Positions 17,553 through 27,009 of a stretch of 64,000 nt of DNA are shown here, piece by piece. Under the pieces are notes generated by a model. The model did no database searches. It saw nothing but the letters and a program-made list of their open reading frames with translations, and was not told the DNA's origin. Position 1 is the first letter of the stretch; each line of letters opens with the position of its first letter. Origin of the DNA: Gemmatimonadales bacterium. GTDB lineage: Bacteria; Gemmatimonadota; Gemmatimonadetes; Gemmatimonadales; GWC2-71-9. The stretch is from assembly GCA_041615815.1 (NCBI GenBank), contig JBFJCP010000009.1, forward strand, positions 1 to 64,000, written 5' to 3'. The position numbers and the translations under genes are program-made.

Positions 17553-18635
17553 CTATGCACCGAATGCCTTGTCGAACGCCGCCGCCAGCACGTCATCCGA
17601 CGGGGGATTCGACAGCACCGTGAAGCGCCCCGGCCTCGTCTCCGGCGCGCGGCGCAGTGCGTGGAGGAACTGCGCTCGCGAAATACCAATGGCCGCGGGG
17701 GTGGTGGGAAGACCGGAGCGGCGAATGAGCTGTTCCGCTTCCGCCGGGACCCCGGGAAGTCCCAGCGCCGTGCGCAGCGCCTGGACGTACAGCAGCGAGA
17801 GTGCCACCTGCTCACCGTGACTGCCCTCGCCGAGCGCTAGTTCGTCCAGAGCGTGACTAATGAGGTGCTCTGCCCCACTGCAGGGGCGGCTGCTCCCCGC
17901 AATGGCCATGGCAATACCGCTCATGACGAGCCCCTCGGCCAATCGCACGAGCCCATCCCGCTCGAACAACCTTTCTGCGCTGAGAAACAGCATCTGTTCG
18001 GCGGCCTGGCGGGCCAGCATGTCTGCAAAGCCGTCCCAGCGGTCTTGGCCCTCCGACACGGCGAGATCCCAATCGAGTGACGCAGAGAGGTTGGAGAGGA
18101 GATCACCCAGTCCGGCAAGAAGCACGCGTCGCGGACACTGCTTGACAACTTCGAGATCGATCACCACACCCACGGGCATCTGCGCCGCCAAGCTCGCCGA
18201 GCCCCCGGTCTCCTGGATGACCGCTACCGGGGACGAGATACAGTCGCTCGACAACGCCGTCGGCACCACCAGCACGGGTAGATTGCGATGGCGTCCCGCC
18301 ATTTTGCATACATCGAGCACGCGCCCTCCACCCACCGCGATGATCCCTTCGATCTCGCGCTGGGCGCAGAAGACATCCATTCCCACCACGTCCTCCCGAC
18401 GATTCCCGCGGACGAGGTAGCGCTCAGGCGCCGGCGACAGCGTGTCGAAGATCTGCTCGCCGAACGTCTTGGATGGACCGGGACCGGACACCACTAGCAG
18501 CCGCATCGATTCCAGCCCCAACTCGCGCACCACCTCCGGGACCCGCCCAAGGGCACCCTCGTGCACGGAGAGACTCACCGGAACGGCGATCCCACGCGGA
18601 CCGCCGACAGCGAACACTGGCGACATCATCCGCAT
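17553..18635 (-). CDS. EgsA/AraM-like glycerol-1-phosphate dehydrogenase family protein
   Basis: VGGGRVLDVCK, PTALSSDCISSP, AGLGDLLSN, DW.LA, SRPCSGAEHLISHALD, HGEQV. Confidence 0.85.
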   Translation of the reverse strand: MRMMSPVFAVGGPRGIAVPVSLSVHEGALGRVPEVVRELGLESMRLLVVSGPGPSKTFGEQIFDTLSPAPERYLVRGNRREDVVGMDVFCAQREIEGIIAVGGGRVLDVCKMAGRHRNLPVLVVPTALSSDCISSPVAVIQETGGSASLAAQMPVGVVIDLEVVKQCPRRVLLAGLGDLLSNLSASLDWDLAVSEGQDRWDGFADMLARQAAEQMLFLSAERLFERDGLVRLAEGLVMSGIAMAIAGSSRPCSGAEHLISHALDELALGEGSHGEQVALSLLYVQALRTALGLPGVPAEAEQLIRRSGLPTTPAAIGISRAQFLHALRRAPETRPGRFTVLSNPPSDDVLAAAFDKAFGA

Positions 18636-19355
18636 CTAACTGCCACCCATCCCCGGCTGCGCCGCCAGGGCCGTCGCATGCGCCAGATCGCGCGGATCGT
18701 CTACTTCCGTCCACGGCATGCCACCGATGTCGAGCATCTCGATCCGTCGCTCATTCGCCACTTGCAAAATGGCGCTCTCATACCAACAATCGGTCTCGCC
18801 TTGCGCCACCAGCTCCGCGGCCACGTCACGAATACGCTGAAAGGTGGGGGCCGAAAAGCGCGAGATCCCGATGTATTCACCGTCGGCCTGTTCGATGGGG
18901 AGCGACTTGGCGAGTGCTACCAACGCGCCGTCCTCGAACCGCGCCTTCATTTCCTCCGCCCCCAGCGTCTTTTGGGTATCCGTCACCAAGAAATCCGGCG
19001 CGGGATGCGCCAAGGCTCGGCGGAAGATGGAGGGATGGTACAGCCCGTCACCGTTCACCAAGAGCGTGCTGCCATTCGACAGCTCACCCAGGGTAATAGA
19101 ATAAATGTTGTTCCAGGAGTCGTACTTCGGATTGAACACCGTGCGCACGCCGGCCGGTGCCCACGCCACCAACCGCTCGTACCCGTGACCACCCACCAGG
19201 GTAATGGCCTCCGTACGGACACCGGCATCTGCCAACGCCTCAAGCTGATGACCCAGCAAGGTGTTTTGGCCGACGCTCAGCAAGGGCTTCGGCATCTGCT
19301 CCGTCAGTGGATGCAGCCGCCGCCCCACGCCGGCGGCCAAGATGAGCACGTTCAT
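18636..19355 (-). CDS. Sugar/polyol-phosphate cytidylyltransferase (LicC/IPCT-like NTP transferase)
   Basis: ILAAGVGRRL..PKPL, NNIYS, NGD, EEMK, GEYIG, WYE, WTEVD. Confidence 0.88.
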   Translation of the reverse strand: MNVLILAAGVGRRLHPLTEQMPKPLLSVGQNTLLGHQLEALADAGVRTEAITLVGGHGYERLVAWAPAGVRTVFNPKYDSWNNIYSITLGELSNGSTLLVNGDGLYHPSIFRRALAHPAPDFLVTDTQKTLGAEEMKARFEDGALVALAKSLPIEQADGEYIGISRFSAPTFQRIRDVAAELVAQGETDCWYESAILQVANERRIEMLDIGGMPWTEVDDPRDLAHATALAAQPGMGGS

Positions 19356-19696
19356 TCTCGTCGTCGATCCTCGCGTTTCACGGGGCCGCCGTCCTCGCGA
19401 TGCGCAACACCGCAGCAGCAGCAACTCCGGTCCGTCACATGACTTCCGGACGCCGCGGCACGCCCACGGCACCGGAGCGGAGGGCGCAAGAAGGGTACCA
19501 TGCAACGGGGGATCACTGGACGCCACCGCCGGTACTTCTCTTCCACACCGTGGCGCCCGCGCCACCACCCATCGCCCTCGCCTGCCCTCTGGGGTGGTCA
19601 CCTGTCGAGATGGAGCCATGGCAATCCGGGCCGTCGAACACCCATGCGTGGACCTGGCGCAACACCCAAGAGGGAAAACCGTCGAACGCAGACCTG

Positions 19697-19714
19697 TAGG
19701 CCTCGTATTTGCAA
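19697..19714 (+). promoter_or_regulatory. Candidate sigma54 promoter for the 19815 GNAT gene
   Basis: TAGGCCTCGTATTTGCAA (GG-N10-GC, TTGCA). Confidence 0.5.
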
Positions 19715-19814
19715 CAGGTTATCCTCCGGCCATGCCGTCAGCCTATTTGTTGCTAACCTCCCGTGCGGCCGCATCGAAGCCCAGGCAAAGGGTGTGCGAA
19801 GAGAAAGGGAATCC

Positions 19815-21017
19815 ATGACCGTCGGTGCTGCACGACCGCTCATTCGGGTCGCAGCCTCCAGGGATCTCAAGATCGAGACCGTGGGGTCCGTGGCCGAGCT
19901 CCGAGCGCTCCGAGATCCGTGGAACGGGCTGGTACGCCGATCGCAGCAGAACATCCCGTTCTTGACCCATGAATGGCTCACCACTTGGTGGGACGCGTTC
20001 CGTGGGAATGACGATCGCCAGGTGGTGACCGTTTGGCGAGGCGAGCAACTCGTTGGCGTGGCGCCCATGTCCTATTCGCGGGTGACGATGGCGGCCATGC
20101 CCTTCCGCGTCGCCAAGCTTTGGTCCAACCCCTATTCGAATCGGACGCAACTGATCATCGGCGAGCCCGCGGGTGCCGTGGTCGGCGCCCTGGTGGACCA
20201 TTGGCTGGAGCAGGATCCCACGTGGGACGTCATTTGTCTCGAGCCGGTACCCCTGGGCTGCGCCATTACGCGTGTGCTGGTTTCGGAGCTGCACGCTCGC
20301 AACATTCCCTACGGAGTGCGGGAGAGCCTGCGGTCGCCGTTCCTCCCACTTCCTGCGACCTGGCCGGAACTACTGCAGGGCGTCAGCGGCGGCTTTCGAA
20401 AGTCGCTGCGTCGCAGTCTCCGTCGCGCCAGGAGCGAGGGACGGCTGCGGACACGCATCGTCAATCAACCCGAAGAGGTGGAGGCGGCTCTCGCTATCGC
20501 GAAACGGGGCCGGTTCCACGATGAGGGGACATCCATCGCGTCCACGGAGGCACAGCGTCAGTTCTATCGCCGGTTCGCGCGGGTCGCCGCACGGAAAGGA
20601 TGGTTGGCCCTGGCATTCCTCGATTACAACGATCGTCCGATCGCCTTCGAATACAACCTCTACTACGAAGGGGTCATGTACTCTCTGAAGTCGGGCTACG
20701 ATCCCGATTTTGCGCACCTGTCCCCAGGGCACCTCCTCACCCGTGATGTGCTCCAGCGCGTGATCAAGGTTGGGGGACACGAGTACGATTTCCTTGGGAT
20801 GGACGAGAGCTACAAACGCCGCTGGACCCCGCAGGCGCGGCATCATGGCCGCATCACCGTCTTTTCGAATCGGCTCCTCCCCCGAGCGCAGCATTTCTTG
20901 TCGTATCGGATGCAGCCTTGGATCAGGACCAATCTGACCTGGGCCGTCAAAGTGCGTCGCTTGGCACGCCAATGGCTGGCCGGCAGAGCCTCACCCGACG
21001 GATCGCACCATCAGTAG
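19815..21017 (+). CDS. GNAT acyltransferase (CelD/BcsL, Acetyltransf_6 type)
   Basis: PFLTHEWL..WW, PFLPLP.TW, GYDPDFAHLSPG, YDFLG.DESYKRRW. Confidence 0.88.
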   Translation: MTVGAARPLIRVAASRDLKIETVGSVAELRALRDPWNGLVRRSQQNIPFLTHEWLTTWWDAFRGNDDRQVVTVWRGEQLVGVAPMSYSRVTMAAMPFRVAKLWSNPYSNRTQLIIGEPAGAVVGALVDHWLEQDPTWDVICLEPVPLGCAITRVLVSELHARNIPYGVRESLRSPFLPLPATWPELLQGVSGGFRKSLRRSLRRARSEGRLRTRIVNQPEEVEAALAIAKRGRFHDEGTSIASTEAQRQFYRRFARVAARKGWLALAFLDYNDRPIAFEYNLYYEGVMYSLKSGYDPDFAHLSPGHLLTRDVLQRVIKVGGHEYDFLGMDESYKRRWTPQARHHGRITVFSNRLLPRAQHFLSYRMQPWIRTNLTWAVKVRRLARQWLAGRASPDGSHHQ

Positions 21018-21024
21018 CCCAACG

Positions 21025-21741
21025 ATGCCTTTGCAACGCGTCCGTCCCACCCCGGAGGCCAGGCCGGACTCCAGCATGCGGGTGCTCCGGACGGCAGGGC
21101 GTCGTGGTCCCCGTGGCCGCCCCCGGTGGCGTCGGGTGTTGAGCTGGCTCAACGACCGCCTGGGCACCCCCTATGTCGAGATCGGAAGCACCCTATACGA
21201 GGTGGATCTGACCGAGCCCCTGCCTAGCTTCGAACCGGCGATCCCGGTCGAGGTCAGCCAGGCCGGTCAGCAGGATGTTGCGCTTCTTGCGCGAGTGCGG
21301 TTTCCCACGTCTCCGCGGCTGGCCGAAGCCAAGGCCACCGAGTTTGCGAAACGCCTCGAGCGCGGCGACCACTGCATCGTGTGTCGCTCCGCTGGGGAAC
21401 TGGCAAGTTATGTCTGGGTGACGTCTGCCGATTGGTTCGATCCGGAGATCAACTTTACGATCCCGGTCGGGGCAACGCAGTGTCTCGGGTACGAAGCCTT
21501 CACCGTCCCATCGTTCCGTGGGCAGGGGTTCCGCCTCCTACTCCAAATCGAGGAGCGGCGCCTGGGCCGGACACTGGGCAAGGCCACGCTCCTCTTCGAA
21601 CTGCACGGGCGGGCGGAATCCAAGGCAATGCGAAAATGGGGACCCGCGGGTCTCCGCCAACGCCCCATTGCCCGTCACACAACGTACAAGTTCTTCAATC
21701 GATTCAGCTACACCCGGGTGGCACCCCTCGTCACCCGCTGA
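21025..21741 (+). CDS. Hypothetical GNAT-fold protein
   Basis: RLERGDHC, YEAFTVPSFRGQG acyl-CoA-binding-like motif. Confidence 0.65.
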   Translation: MPLQRVRPTPEARPDSSMRVLRTAGRRGPRGRPRWRRVLSWLNDRLGTPYVEIGSTLYEVDLTEPLPSFEPAIPVEVSQAGQQDVALLARVRFPTSPRLAEAKATEFAKRLERGDHCIVCRSAGELASYVWVTSADWFDPEINFTIPVGATQCLGYEAFTVPSFRGQGFRLLLQIEERRLGRTLGKATLLFELHGRAESKAMRKWGPAGLRQRPIARHTTYKFFNRFSYTRVAPLVTR

Positions 21742-21752
21742 ACGTCCCCCCC

Positions 21753-23294
21753 TCAACCCCGCAGCAGCGAGAGCGCTCTCCTGGGCGACCGCACCGCTCG
21801 CCTGACGAACGCCCGATCCTCCGCCGAGAGGATGTGCAGGGACCAAATGGCGGCGAAGTAGAGACCCATCAGACCGATCCGAACCAAGATCGATACGGGG
21901 ATGCTGGCCGGCGGCGCCAGCACACCCGCCACACAGACTACCGCACCCACGACCAGCAGCCGGTTCACTGGACCCCATCGGTATTCGATCCGCCAGAGGC
22001 GTTGCGACCATACGTAGGTCATCCATTGGCGGATCCCGAAGGCCACGACCGTCGTGATCGCCGCCCCCCAGGCATGATACCGCGGGATCAGAATGACATA
22101 GCCCACGACCGAGACGGCGGCCGCCACCCAGTTGGCAATCGAAAAGAGCTGCGTCCTTTCCTCGATGAAGATGCCGAGGTTGTGAAACCTGGTCCATGCA
22201 TGCAGCAGATACGCCACCAGGATCACCGGAATGAGCGGGGCGGCGGCGTGGAAAGACGGATCCGCCACAATGCGGAGCAGATCGTGGGAGAACAACGCGA
22301 TGCCCACCGTCATCGTCACGAGCAAGAGGTTCATGTAGATGAACACCCGTGAGTAAATCACATCACGGTCCGGGCGTTTCGCGATCTCGAACCGCATGGG
22401 ATCCCACACGCGGGAGAAGGGTGTGTACCCCATGAGGATCAGAATGAAGCCAAACGTATAGGCCAGCGAATAAATACCGACGGTCGCGGTATCGGCCGCC
22501 CGATTGAGCACGTATCGGTCGCCGAATGTGAGGATGAAGGTGGCGACTTGCATGTGGACCAGCGGAAGCCCAAACCGCAACAAGTCATCGAACGCGGCGC
22601 GCGAGAAGCGTCGACCCACGTGATAGACCAGGTAGCTCGCCAGCCCGAGCCCGAACATTCCGTTGACGATCACCGTACTGAGGAGCACGCCGGCGGCACC
22701 CATGTGCAACGGTACCAGGAAGATCACATTGAGGGTGACCTGCAGAATGAGCTTTGCCACGCTCATCTTCACGAACAACGTGGACCGGTGGCTCAGCATG
22801 ATGTAGGAAAACGGGACGTGGACCAATCCCTCGAACGCGAGGCTGCCCGCTCCCAACCGCACCAACAACACCGGATGCTCGCCGCTCCAGCCGAACACGA
22901 TGCTCGCCACGCTGGGCGCAAGGAAGTAGATAATGACTCCCACCGTCGCGAAGCTCGCCCCGAGCATCATGAGCGCGGTCGACAGAACGGCGTTCTTGGC
23001 CTCGGGCGTCTCCGCCTTGTGGTAGAACCGGAAGATCCCCCACCCGATCCGCGACCCGGCGAAGATCGTGGCGATCTCGACGGTCATCGTGATGAGCTGG
23101 AGGGCGCCGTAGTCCGCCGGAGACATGAAACGCGTGTACACCGGCAACATGACAATCGAGAGGGCCCGATTGGCGATCACACCCAACGCGTAGATCGCCG
23201 TGTGCCGCCCGAGGCGGCTCATCCGGAAGTCTTCGACCTCGGAGGGCCCTGTCGCTTGAGCGACCCCGGTGCTCACCGAGACCTCTGCGTCCAA
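21753..23294 (-). CDS. wzx: Wzx-type oligosaccharide flippase
   Basis: Multi-TM; LPVYTRFMSPADYG, FGLPL, DRYVL, VGIYSLAY, WGAAITT; start uncertain. Confidence 0.88.
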   Translation of the reverse strand: MDAEVSVSTGVAQATGPSEVEDFRMSRLGRHTAIYALGVIANRALSIVMLPVYTRFMSPADYGALQLITMTVEIATIFAGSRIGWGIFRFYHKAETPEAKNAVLSTALMMLGASFATVGVIIYFLAPSVASIVFGWSGEHPVLLVRLGAGSLAFEGLVHVPFSYIMLSHRSTLFVKMSVAKLILQVTLNVIFLVPLHMGAAGVLLSTVIVNGMFGLGLASYLVYHVGRRFSRAAFDDLLRFGLPLVHMQVATFILTFGDRYVLNRAADTATVGIYSLAYTFGFILILMGYTPFSRVWDPMRFEIAKRPDRDVIYSRVFIYMNLLLVTMTVGIALFSHDLLRIVADPSFHAAAPLIPVILVAYLLHAWTRFHNLGIFIEERTQLFSIANWVAAAVSVVGYVILIPRYHAWGAAITTVVAFGIRQWMTYVWSQRLWRIEYRWGPVNRLLVVGAVVCVAGVLAPPASIPVSILVRIGLMGLYFAAIWSLHILSAEDRAFVRRAVRSPRRALSLLRG

Positions 23295-23316
23295 ACGCCC
23301 GGCATCCCCACCGCCC

Positions 23317-24432
23317 TCAGTCGTTCCGTGCTTTCAGACGCTGGCGCCATGCCCGCGCACGCGAACGTACCTGTCGTGTACCGAACTCCGCGCGGAGGAG
23401 TGCGCCGCGCAGACTCCGACGGCAGACGATCCATTCGTAGCAAGTTCGTTGCGTCTCCGTCCACCGCATTTTGTATGACTCCTCGCCCCGCATGAAATCG
23501 AACCGCCGATAACCCTGCTCGATGGCCCGCCGGATCATCATGTTCATGAGGACGACACCCGCACTCGTGCGCTCCCACTCGGGATCGCGCCCGCTCTGGA
23601 AGAAATACACCGTCCGATCGTAGCCAAAGCCGTACCACGCGGCCACCGGCGTTCCCTCGATGTCGAGACTGACCAACCACAGTTTTCCTTGCTGCGCCAA
23701 TTCGTAGGCGAAGCGCCGGTGCAGCTCCATACTCAGATCACCCACAAAGGCGCTACCACCACCTTCCCACCGCAGTTTGTGAAGCCGCACCAATTCGCCC
23801 CATCCCTCGTCGAAGCGCTCCACCCCGTACTCGGTAAGGACCACATCGTGCTCTCGCTTGAGCTTGCGCTCCTTCCGGCGGAACGTCTGACGGCGGCTGG
23901 ACGAAAGCGTGGCCAGGTATCCGTCCCAGTTGTCGGTCAGGTCCAAATAGGGGCACGCCCATAATGGCCGTCTCGCCACCCAATAGCCCCGGTCCGCGAA
24001 CGCCGCGCCCAACCGCTCCACCTGCGGCGCGGGGTCTGCAACGCTCGGGAGGACAATCGCATCCCAGGACTCGCGCTCCAGACTGGGAATGACGGCGCAC
24101 ACGTCAGTCCCGGAGGCCACCGGCAGATCGAGATGATCGGGCGCTCCAGCGTCTCCCATCGGCCATGTCAGTACCGTGACGGGTACCGGCCCGATGCGTC
24201 GCGAAATCCGCGCGAGTGGGAATAACCCATGCCACGCCTCGCCCGCAGCGAACGCGAGCACCTCGCTCTCCGCCACCCGCTCGGGCTGCGCTACCTCGGC
24301 CCATGCCCGAAACCACCACCAGCTCATGAATGGCGATTTCGGCGTGCCGTTGGTCAACACGCCCTCCCATACGTCGCCCCCCCTCCGGAGGGCGTCGCGC
24401 AGCGGCATTCGGATCACCTCGGTCTTCGACAT
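23317..24432 (-). CDS. GNAT acyltransferase (CelD/BcsL, Acetyltransf_6 type)
   Basis: SPFMSWWW, CPYLDL..NWDGYL, FQSGRDP, FDFMRGEESYK.RW. Confidence 0.88.
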   Translation of the reverse strand: MSKTEVIRMPLRDALRRGGDVWEGVLTNGTPKSPFMSWWWFRAWAEVAQPERVAESEVLAFAAGEAWHGLFPLARISRRIGPVPVTVLTWPMGDAGAPDHLDLPVASGTDVCAVIPSLERESWDAIVLPSVADPAPQVERLGAAFADRGYWVARRPLWACPYLDLTDNWDGYLATLSSSRRQTFRRKERKLKREHDVVLTEYGVERFDEGWGELVRLHKLRWEGGGSAFVGDLSMELHRRFAYELAQQGKLWLVSLDIEGTPVAAWYGFGYDRTVYFFQSGRDPEWERTSAGVVLMNMMIRRAIEQGYRRFDFMRGEESYKMRWTETQRTCYEWIVCRRSLRGALLRAEFGTRQVRSRARAWRQRLKARND

Positions 24433-24662
24433 CGTCCGTCCCGCCCTGACGGAAGGAACGAGCCACCCTCGCGGCGGCTCACGCGCAGCATCCTCCGTCC
24501 AAACCAGACTCCTATCCCCTTTTCTCACAATAACTTGACATCTACACGTCCGAGAGCATCCGAATCCGCGTTCTCTGGGTGTTGCACCGACACAACGTTT
24601 TCAGGGCTAAATGGGAGACGATGAGTTGGTCAACGACCGCACCGGAGCTTTCACACAAGCCC

Positions 24663-25697
24663 TCAGGGAATGGATCGAACGATTCGTGGACCGAGGGCAC
24701 GCGTCACCGGCAAGGGAAGATGGCGCCAGAGCCGTGGTCCCCAGCTGTAGGCGCCCGCATCGGGTGACGGCGTCGATGCGCCGGGACGCGCACCCCACTG
24801 ATACCACCAGAGCGGCACGTCGCGCGACCCCCACTGCAGCTTGAAGCGGTGGGTCCCTCCACCAGGCGTACAGCGTCCGAAATTGAAGACCCGTATGCCT
24901 CGCCCTATGCACCGCTCGATGAAGCTCCAGTAGAGCAACATGTTCGGTGCGATCCGGCTGTGGCTGCGGAGTGACGATGCCCACGTCATCTCGAACTCTT
25001 CCTGCCAGCAAAAACCCCAGCCCGCCGCGATGGGCTCGTCATTCAAATAGGCGCAGCCCACCCATGCGTCGTCGGGAAACGCGCTCGCCACCGCCTCGAA
25101 GAACGATCGGGGCAACGACGGCGTCCCCAAGTCTCGCATGTGCCGCGCAAAGACGTGGAAGAACGGGCCTACTTGGTCGCGCCCGAACCGCACCGTTACC
25201 CCCTCCTTCTGCGGACGGCGAACCTGACTCCGGACCTTGGCCTTGAGACCTCGCCACAACGGCTCGGGATCTTCGGTCGGGAGATCCAAGAGTACCGTGA
25301 TCTTGCGGTGTGAGACCGGGAGGGTTGTGCGCAATTCACGGCGCGAGCGGAGCTCGAGGAGTTTGACGCGGTCGCGCACAGCGACCTCCTGCGCGTGATT
25401 CACGAGGGCTTGCACTGCGTCCGGCTTGCCGAGCGGCCCACCGTAATTGAGAAACGGCATCGAAACCAGGTAGTGACCGAAGATCACGCTCCGGACCCTG
25501 ACGAGGGGAAGGACACCGGCCAACTCCCCACCGGCGGTTCGCGCCGCCAGGTACAGACACTCGTGCCCAAATTCTTTCTCGAGCACTTTGCGCCAATTGT
25601 AGCCATGAAAATGGGTGTAGCCCTCAGCCTGCCGAGCGAAGGCGTCCCAGCACTCCGGTGTGCCGTCGTATCGCTCGATCACGAGGTCCACGGTCAC
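24663..25697 (-). CDS. FemAB-related protein (PEP-CTERM/exosortase-system associated type)
   Basis: LVSMPFLNYGG, MRDLGTP, PNMLLYW, FNFGR, FKLQWG, W..LP; start overlaps the deacetylase stop. Confidence 0.9.
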   Translation of the reverse strand: MTVDLVIERYDGTPECWDAFARQAEGYTHFHGYNWRKVLEKEFGHECLYLAARTAGGELAGVLPLVRVRSVIFGHYLVSMPFLNYGGPLGKPDAVQALVNHAQEVAVRDRVKLLELRSRRELRTTLPVSHRKITVLLDLPTEDPEPLWRGLKAKVRSQVRRPQKEGVTVRFGRDQVGPFFHVFARHMRDLGTPSLPRSFFEAVASAFPDDAWVGCAYLNDEPIAAGWGFCWQEEFEMTWASSLRSHSRIAPNMLLYWSFIERCIGRGIRVFNFGRCTPGGGTHRFKLQWGSRDVPLWWYQWGARPGASTPSPDAGAYSWGPRLWRHLPLPVTRALGPRIVRSIP

Positions 25698-26536
25698 CCG
25701 GTCGCCGTGTGCGAGGCGAGTTGACACCGCACCGATGTGAAGCGGAACTCCGAGAGGAGACGTTGGAGGCGGGGAACCGTGCGGTGGAGCCCACCATAAT
25801 GGCGGATCCGCGTCAATGCCGAGACTTTGAGGCGGGGCTGGTCCGGGTCCAGCTCCCACGGATGAATGTAAAAGGTGCCGGAGATCTTTCGGCGCTGACA
25901 TTCGGCCAGGGCCGCTCGAATCAACCCGTACGGGAAAAGCCGGAAGTAGGCGCCGCCGGCAGCCGGAACATTGTTCCCCCACCGTCGCAACGTGGCCGGC
26001 GGTACCTCGAAGATCCGACCGGCGGGACGTTCGAGCCAATGCGGATCACGCCCTCCGTGGACGTAACCGTACCCGCGCCGCCGAACCGGGAAGAGACTCG
26101 AATCGTATCGGTACCCCTCCTCGATCAGGATGTCGAGCGCCCACTCGAAACCGGGTACGATCGAGAAGCTGGGAGCTCGAAATCCGAGCACCGGGTGACC
26201 GATGAGGTCTTCGAGCATCGATTTCGAGCGGCGCACCGAATCGCGAAATGCTTCGGGGCTGAGCTGGGTCACTCGACGATGCCCCCAACCGTGTGAGGCG
26301 ATCTCGTGACCCGCGGCAGCGATCCCACGGACCATTTCCGGTCGTTTGTCCGCCACCCACCCCAATACGAAGAACGTCCCCTTGGCGTCGTTCGCTTCGA
26401 GGAGCTCCAACAAACGGTTCACCCCATGCTCGACCCGACTCTCGAAGGCATCCCACCGATCCCGAGACACATAGGGCTCGAGCGCCGATACCTGGAAGTA
26501 CTCCTCGACGTCAACGGTAAAGTGATGTTCGGTCAC
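25694..26536 (-). CDS. Polysaccharide deacetylase with DUF3473 (PEP-CTERM/XrtA system type)
   Basis: TVDVEEYFQV, TFFVLGW, HEIASHG, GFRAPSFS, YDSS, GGAYFRL, YIHPWE.DP.QP. Confidence 0.92.
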   Translation of the reverse strand: MTEHHFTVDVEEYFQVSALEPYVSRDRWDAFESRVEHGVNRLLELLEANDAKGTFFVLGWVADKRPEMVRGIAAAGHEIASHGWGHRRVTQLSPEAFRDSVRRSKSMLEDLIGHPVLGFRAPSFSIVPGFEWALDILIEEGYRYDSSLFPVRRRGYGYVHGGRDPHWLERPAGRIFEVPPATLRRWGNNVPAAGGAYFRLFPYGLIRAALAECQRRKISGTFYIHPWELDPDQPRLKVSALTRIRHYGGLHRTVPRLQRLLSEFRFTSVRCQLASHTATG

Positions 26537-26759
26537 AAACGCTCGTTCGCTTCAGGGTACGTGCCCGTCAAACATGCTCGTGAATTCCGGCTCGCCTGTC
26601 AAAGGGGTCCGCGTGGGCCCCCGTCCCACCGCCGCGGATGGCGCTTCCAACACAGTGGCCCGGTGGAATACCCGTCCACCGGGCCGGCTGCGAGTGGAAC
26701 GATGCGCTTCGGTTGCGAGCCGGTGGGACAGTCGCGGCGCACAACCCACGAACCACCGC

Positions 26760-26775
26760 TGCACGATCCGCGCCG
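26760..26775 (-). promoter_or_regulatory. Candidate sigma54 promoter for the deacetylase-FemAB unit
   Basis: Minus strand CGGCGCGGATCGTGCA (GG-N10-GC). Confidence 0.3.
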
Positions 26776-27009
26776 TAACGCCTCCGCGAAACCCCTCCCG
26801 CCGAGGCCTTTCCCGTCCCTGCCGGACGGACTCCAACCGGTACCTCCTGCGGGCTTCTGGCCCTATACTCCGCGGCGGTTCCCTCTGTCCAGAACTGCCT
26901 GGCGCGAGGAGAGGCGTGGATTGGGACCGCGCTAAGCCACCGATAATCGAGGAGCATCGCTCATGGTCCTGGGCCGCGACAATTCTCCCGGCTGCGTCGT
27001 CTCCCACGC

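Noticed and set aside
17553..18635. Archaeal-type ether lipid synthesis from the EgsA-like gene plus the polyprenyl synthase at 60398
   Set aside because: No GGGP/DGGGP synthase is in the window, the context is glycan tailoring, and the prenyl synthase is a distant housekeeping gene.
26537..27009. Short ORFs or an ncRNA in the 470-bp spacer
   Set aside because: No protein-like composition or recognisable RNA family; treated as divergent promoter DNA.
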